A DNA stretch of 64,000 bases from Camelus dromedarius (taxonomy: Eukaryota), in assembly GCF_036321535.1 (NCBI RefSeq), contig NC_087437.1, positions 20,090,001-20,154,000 on the forward strand. The letters are read 5' to 3'. Below, one piece after another: positions 62,301-64,000 of the stretch (the stretch's first letter is position 1; the number at the start of each line of letters is the position of its first letter). The position numbers were made by a program, and so were the translations under genes. The notes under the pieces were generated by a model. That model was not told the DNA's origin, did no database searches, and was given only the letters and a program-made list of their open reading frames with translations.

Positions 62301-62971
62301 GAGCATTCAACATGTCATTCTTTGAAGAGAAACTTTCATTCCGTGTCTATCCAAGTCCGTAAAACACTGTAGATGAGAAGAATTCAGAATAAAGTAGAGG
62401 AAAAAAACAAATTAAAAAAAAAAACTGGGTTTAAACCTCTGACTGGTTCAGTCTTGATGCTGTATAAGAGACCTCTGGACATGGAGAAAAAAGGGACAGG
62501 AAGAGATTCCAAAGGGTTTAGCTGTCAGCTTGATTGATACCGACTCTAGGTGAATAGTCATGGTTAATTGAGGAGGCCGCACTATTCAGCCCCTGTATCT
62601 TGAGAACTCATTAAACTCAAACACCTTTAGTTATTTGATCCAATGTGTAGCTTCTATTTCTGAGACCCAGTTGAGAGCTCCAGGAGAGTAAGGACAGAGT
62701 CTTAGGCTTCTGGGGACCTCAGCACCTAGTAAGATTCCCTCCCTGCAGGAAGCAGATTCTTTCAGCACTTTTGTCGATGGAGGTAATGGGACAGCAGTAA
62801 AGGGCCAGTATATTTGTTTGGGACTTTTTCACTCTCCAGGAAGCTTCGACATCTGTCATTTCCCCCTAAAAGACAGGAAGGAGTTAGCTGAGCTAGATTC
62901 CAGGTAATGACTGAGAAGTGGATCTGCCTCACCTGTATCCAACAGCTATGGGCAAACAAGACCCCTTTATT

Positions 62972-63003
62972 TGTGTGTGTGTGTGTTTGTGTGTATGTGT
63001 GCG
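62972..63003. repeat. Imperfect (GT)n microsatellite
   Basis: Seen directly. Confidence 0.9.
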
Positions 63004-63017
63004 TGTTATAATGTTTT

Positions 63018-63195
63018 CTCTTTTTCTTAATGAAGGACAATTGATTTAGAATATTGTGTTAGTTTCAGGTGCCAACTGATTCAGTTATACATATATATGT
63101 ATATATATGTATCATTTTTTCCATTCTTTCTCATTATAGTTTATTATAAGATATTGAATATGATTCCTGTGCTATACAGTAAATCCTTGTTATTT
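63018..63195 (-). mobile_element. Young L1 3' end
   Basis: attgtgttagtttcaggtg..tgattcagttatac...tattataagatattgaatat..ttcctgtgctatacagtaaatccttgtt. Degenerate TSD gtgttataatgtttt vs gtgttgtaattgtttt. Confidence 0.88.
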
Positions 63196-63245
63196 TGTGT
63201 TGTAATTGTTTTGTTTTGTTTTGTTTTGTTTTTTTATTTCAGAGC

Positions 63246-63282
63246 TTTTTTTTTTTTTTAGTTGAAGTATAGTCAGTTTACA
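63246..63282 (-). mobile_element. Extremely truncated L1 3' tip
   Basis: T run plus ttgaagtatagtcagtttaca, which matches the terminal bases of the L1 stub at 29446-29463. Confidence 0.7.
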
Positions 63283-63739
63283 CCTTCATTTTTTAATCAG
63301 ATTCTCTACCCCTATTTGACAGGTCCCCGTTCCTGCTTGGCAGTGTGCCAGGTATTTATCCCCATCTGATAATTGTATCTGGGCCAGTAATTTTTGAGAC
63401 ACAGGGTTTAAAGCACTCTTTTGTCAAATATTAAAGACACCATCACTGTCCTGGTCAGTGCAGTTTCCTTGCTCCCTCCTTCTCCTATCCCCTGCACACC
63501 TAAGCAGAATGATGGACACCTCAGGACCAACCAGTGAGGTCAGCAGGAGGGCTGGAAGTCACTGACACTAGCAAGGGCACAACAGTGGAAGTAGGAAAGA
63601 GCCCATCTGGTCTGGCCTGCCATCACTTTCTGCTGACTGCCTCATACAGCTATGGTGAGAGTTAAATTATAGAGCTTTACACAAATCACTCAACCCAGTT
63701 GATGCCATAGCAAATTCTCAGTTTAAGAAAGAAAAAAGT

Positions 63740-63915
63740 ACCACTCTGATTATAATATGATGACCACAGGGAGATGGCTTTGTCCCCATTTCAAAAATGG
63801 GCAAACGGAAGTGTGGAAAAGATGAACTTTATTAAAGTTTCAGAGAAGACAAGTGAAGAATCAAGGTTTGAATCGAGGTTTATGTGATTCTTAGGCTCTG
63901 ACCTATACTACCCTC
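63740..63915 (-). mobile_element. MIR SINE, diverged
   Basis: tgtccccatttcaaaaatgggcaaacggaag...aaggtttgaatcgagg. Confidence 0.6.
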
Positions 63916-63981
63916 CTGCTATGAATAGAAGCATGAAACACTATTGTAAAGAGAAAGACATGAAGAAAGAAGTTGTGAGAT

Positions 63982-64000
63982 ACACACACACACACACACA
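63982..64000. repeat. (CA)n microsatellite running off the window end
   Basis: Seen directly. Confidence 0.95.

Overview
Mammalian non-coding DNA (intergenic or deep intronic) with no supportable protein-coding exon. The tRNA-Ala-derived SINEs resemble the camelid vic-1 family and no Alu, Bov-tA or PRE-1 was seen, so a camelid genome is the likely source (inference). The window is a mosaic of L1 (young 3' stubs, a rearranged near-full-length copy, old L1M fragments), MIR, L2, MaLR/ERVL solo LTRs and hAT/Tigger relics, separated by repeat-free enhancer-like blocks. All repeat family names are by eye and from memory of consensus sequences, not from RepeatMasker. The strongest observations are: (1) a perfect 80-bp inverted duplication whose left arm interrupts an old LTR16-like element; (2) a ~180-bp LTR-like, polyadenylated, TSD-flanked insert that looks L1-mobilised; (3) a 3'-truncated tailless 5S rRNA retropseudogene; (4) a twin-primed 5'-inverted L1 stub; (5) a perfect 83-bp tandem duplication; (6) a 40-bp near-perfect palindrome. 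I see no multi-gene biological system here.
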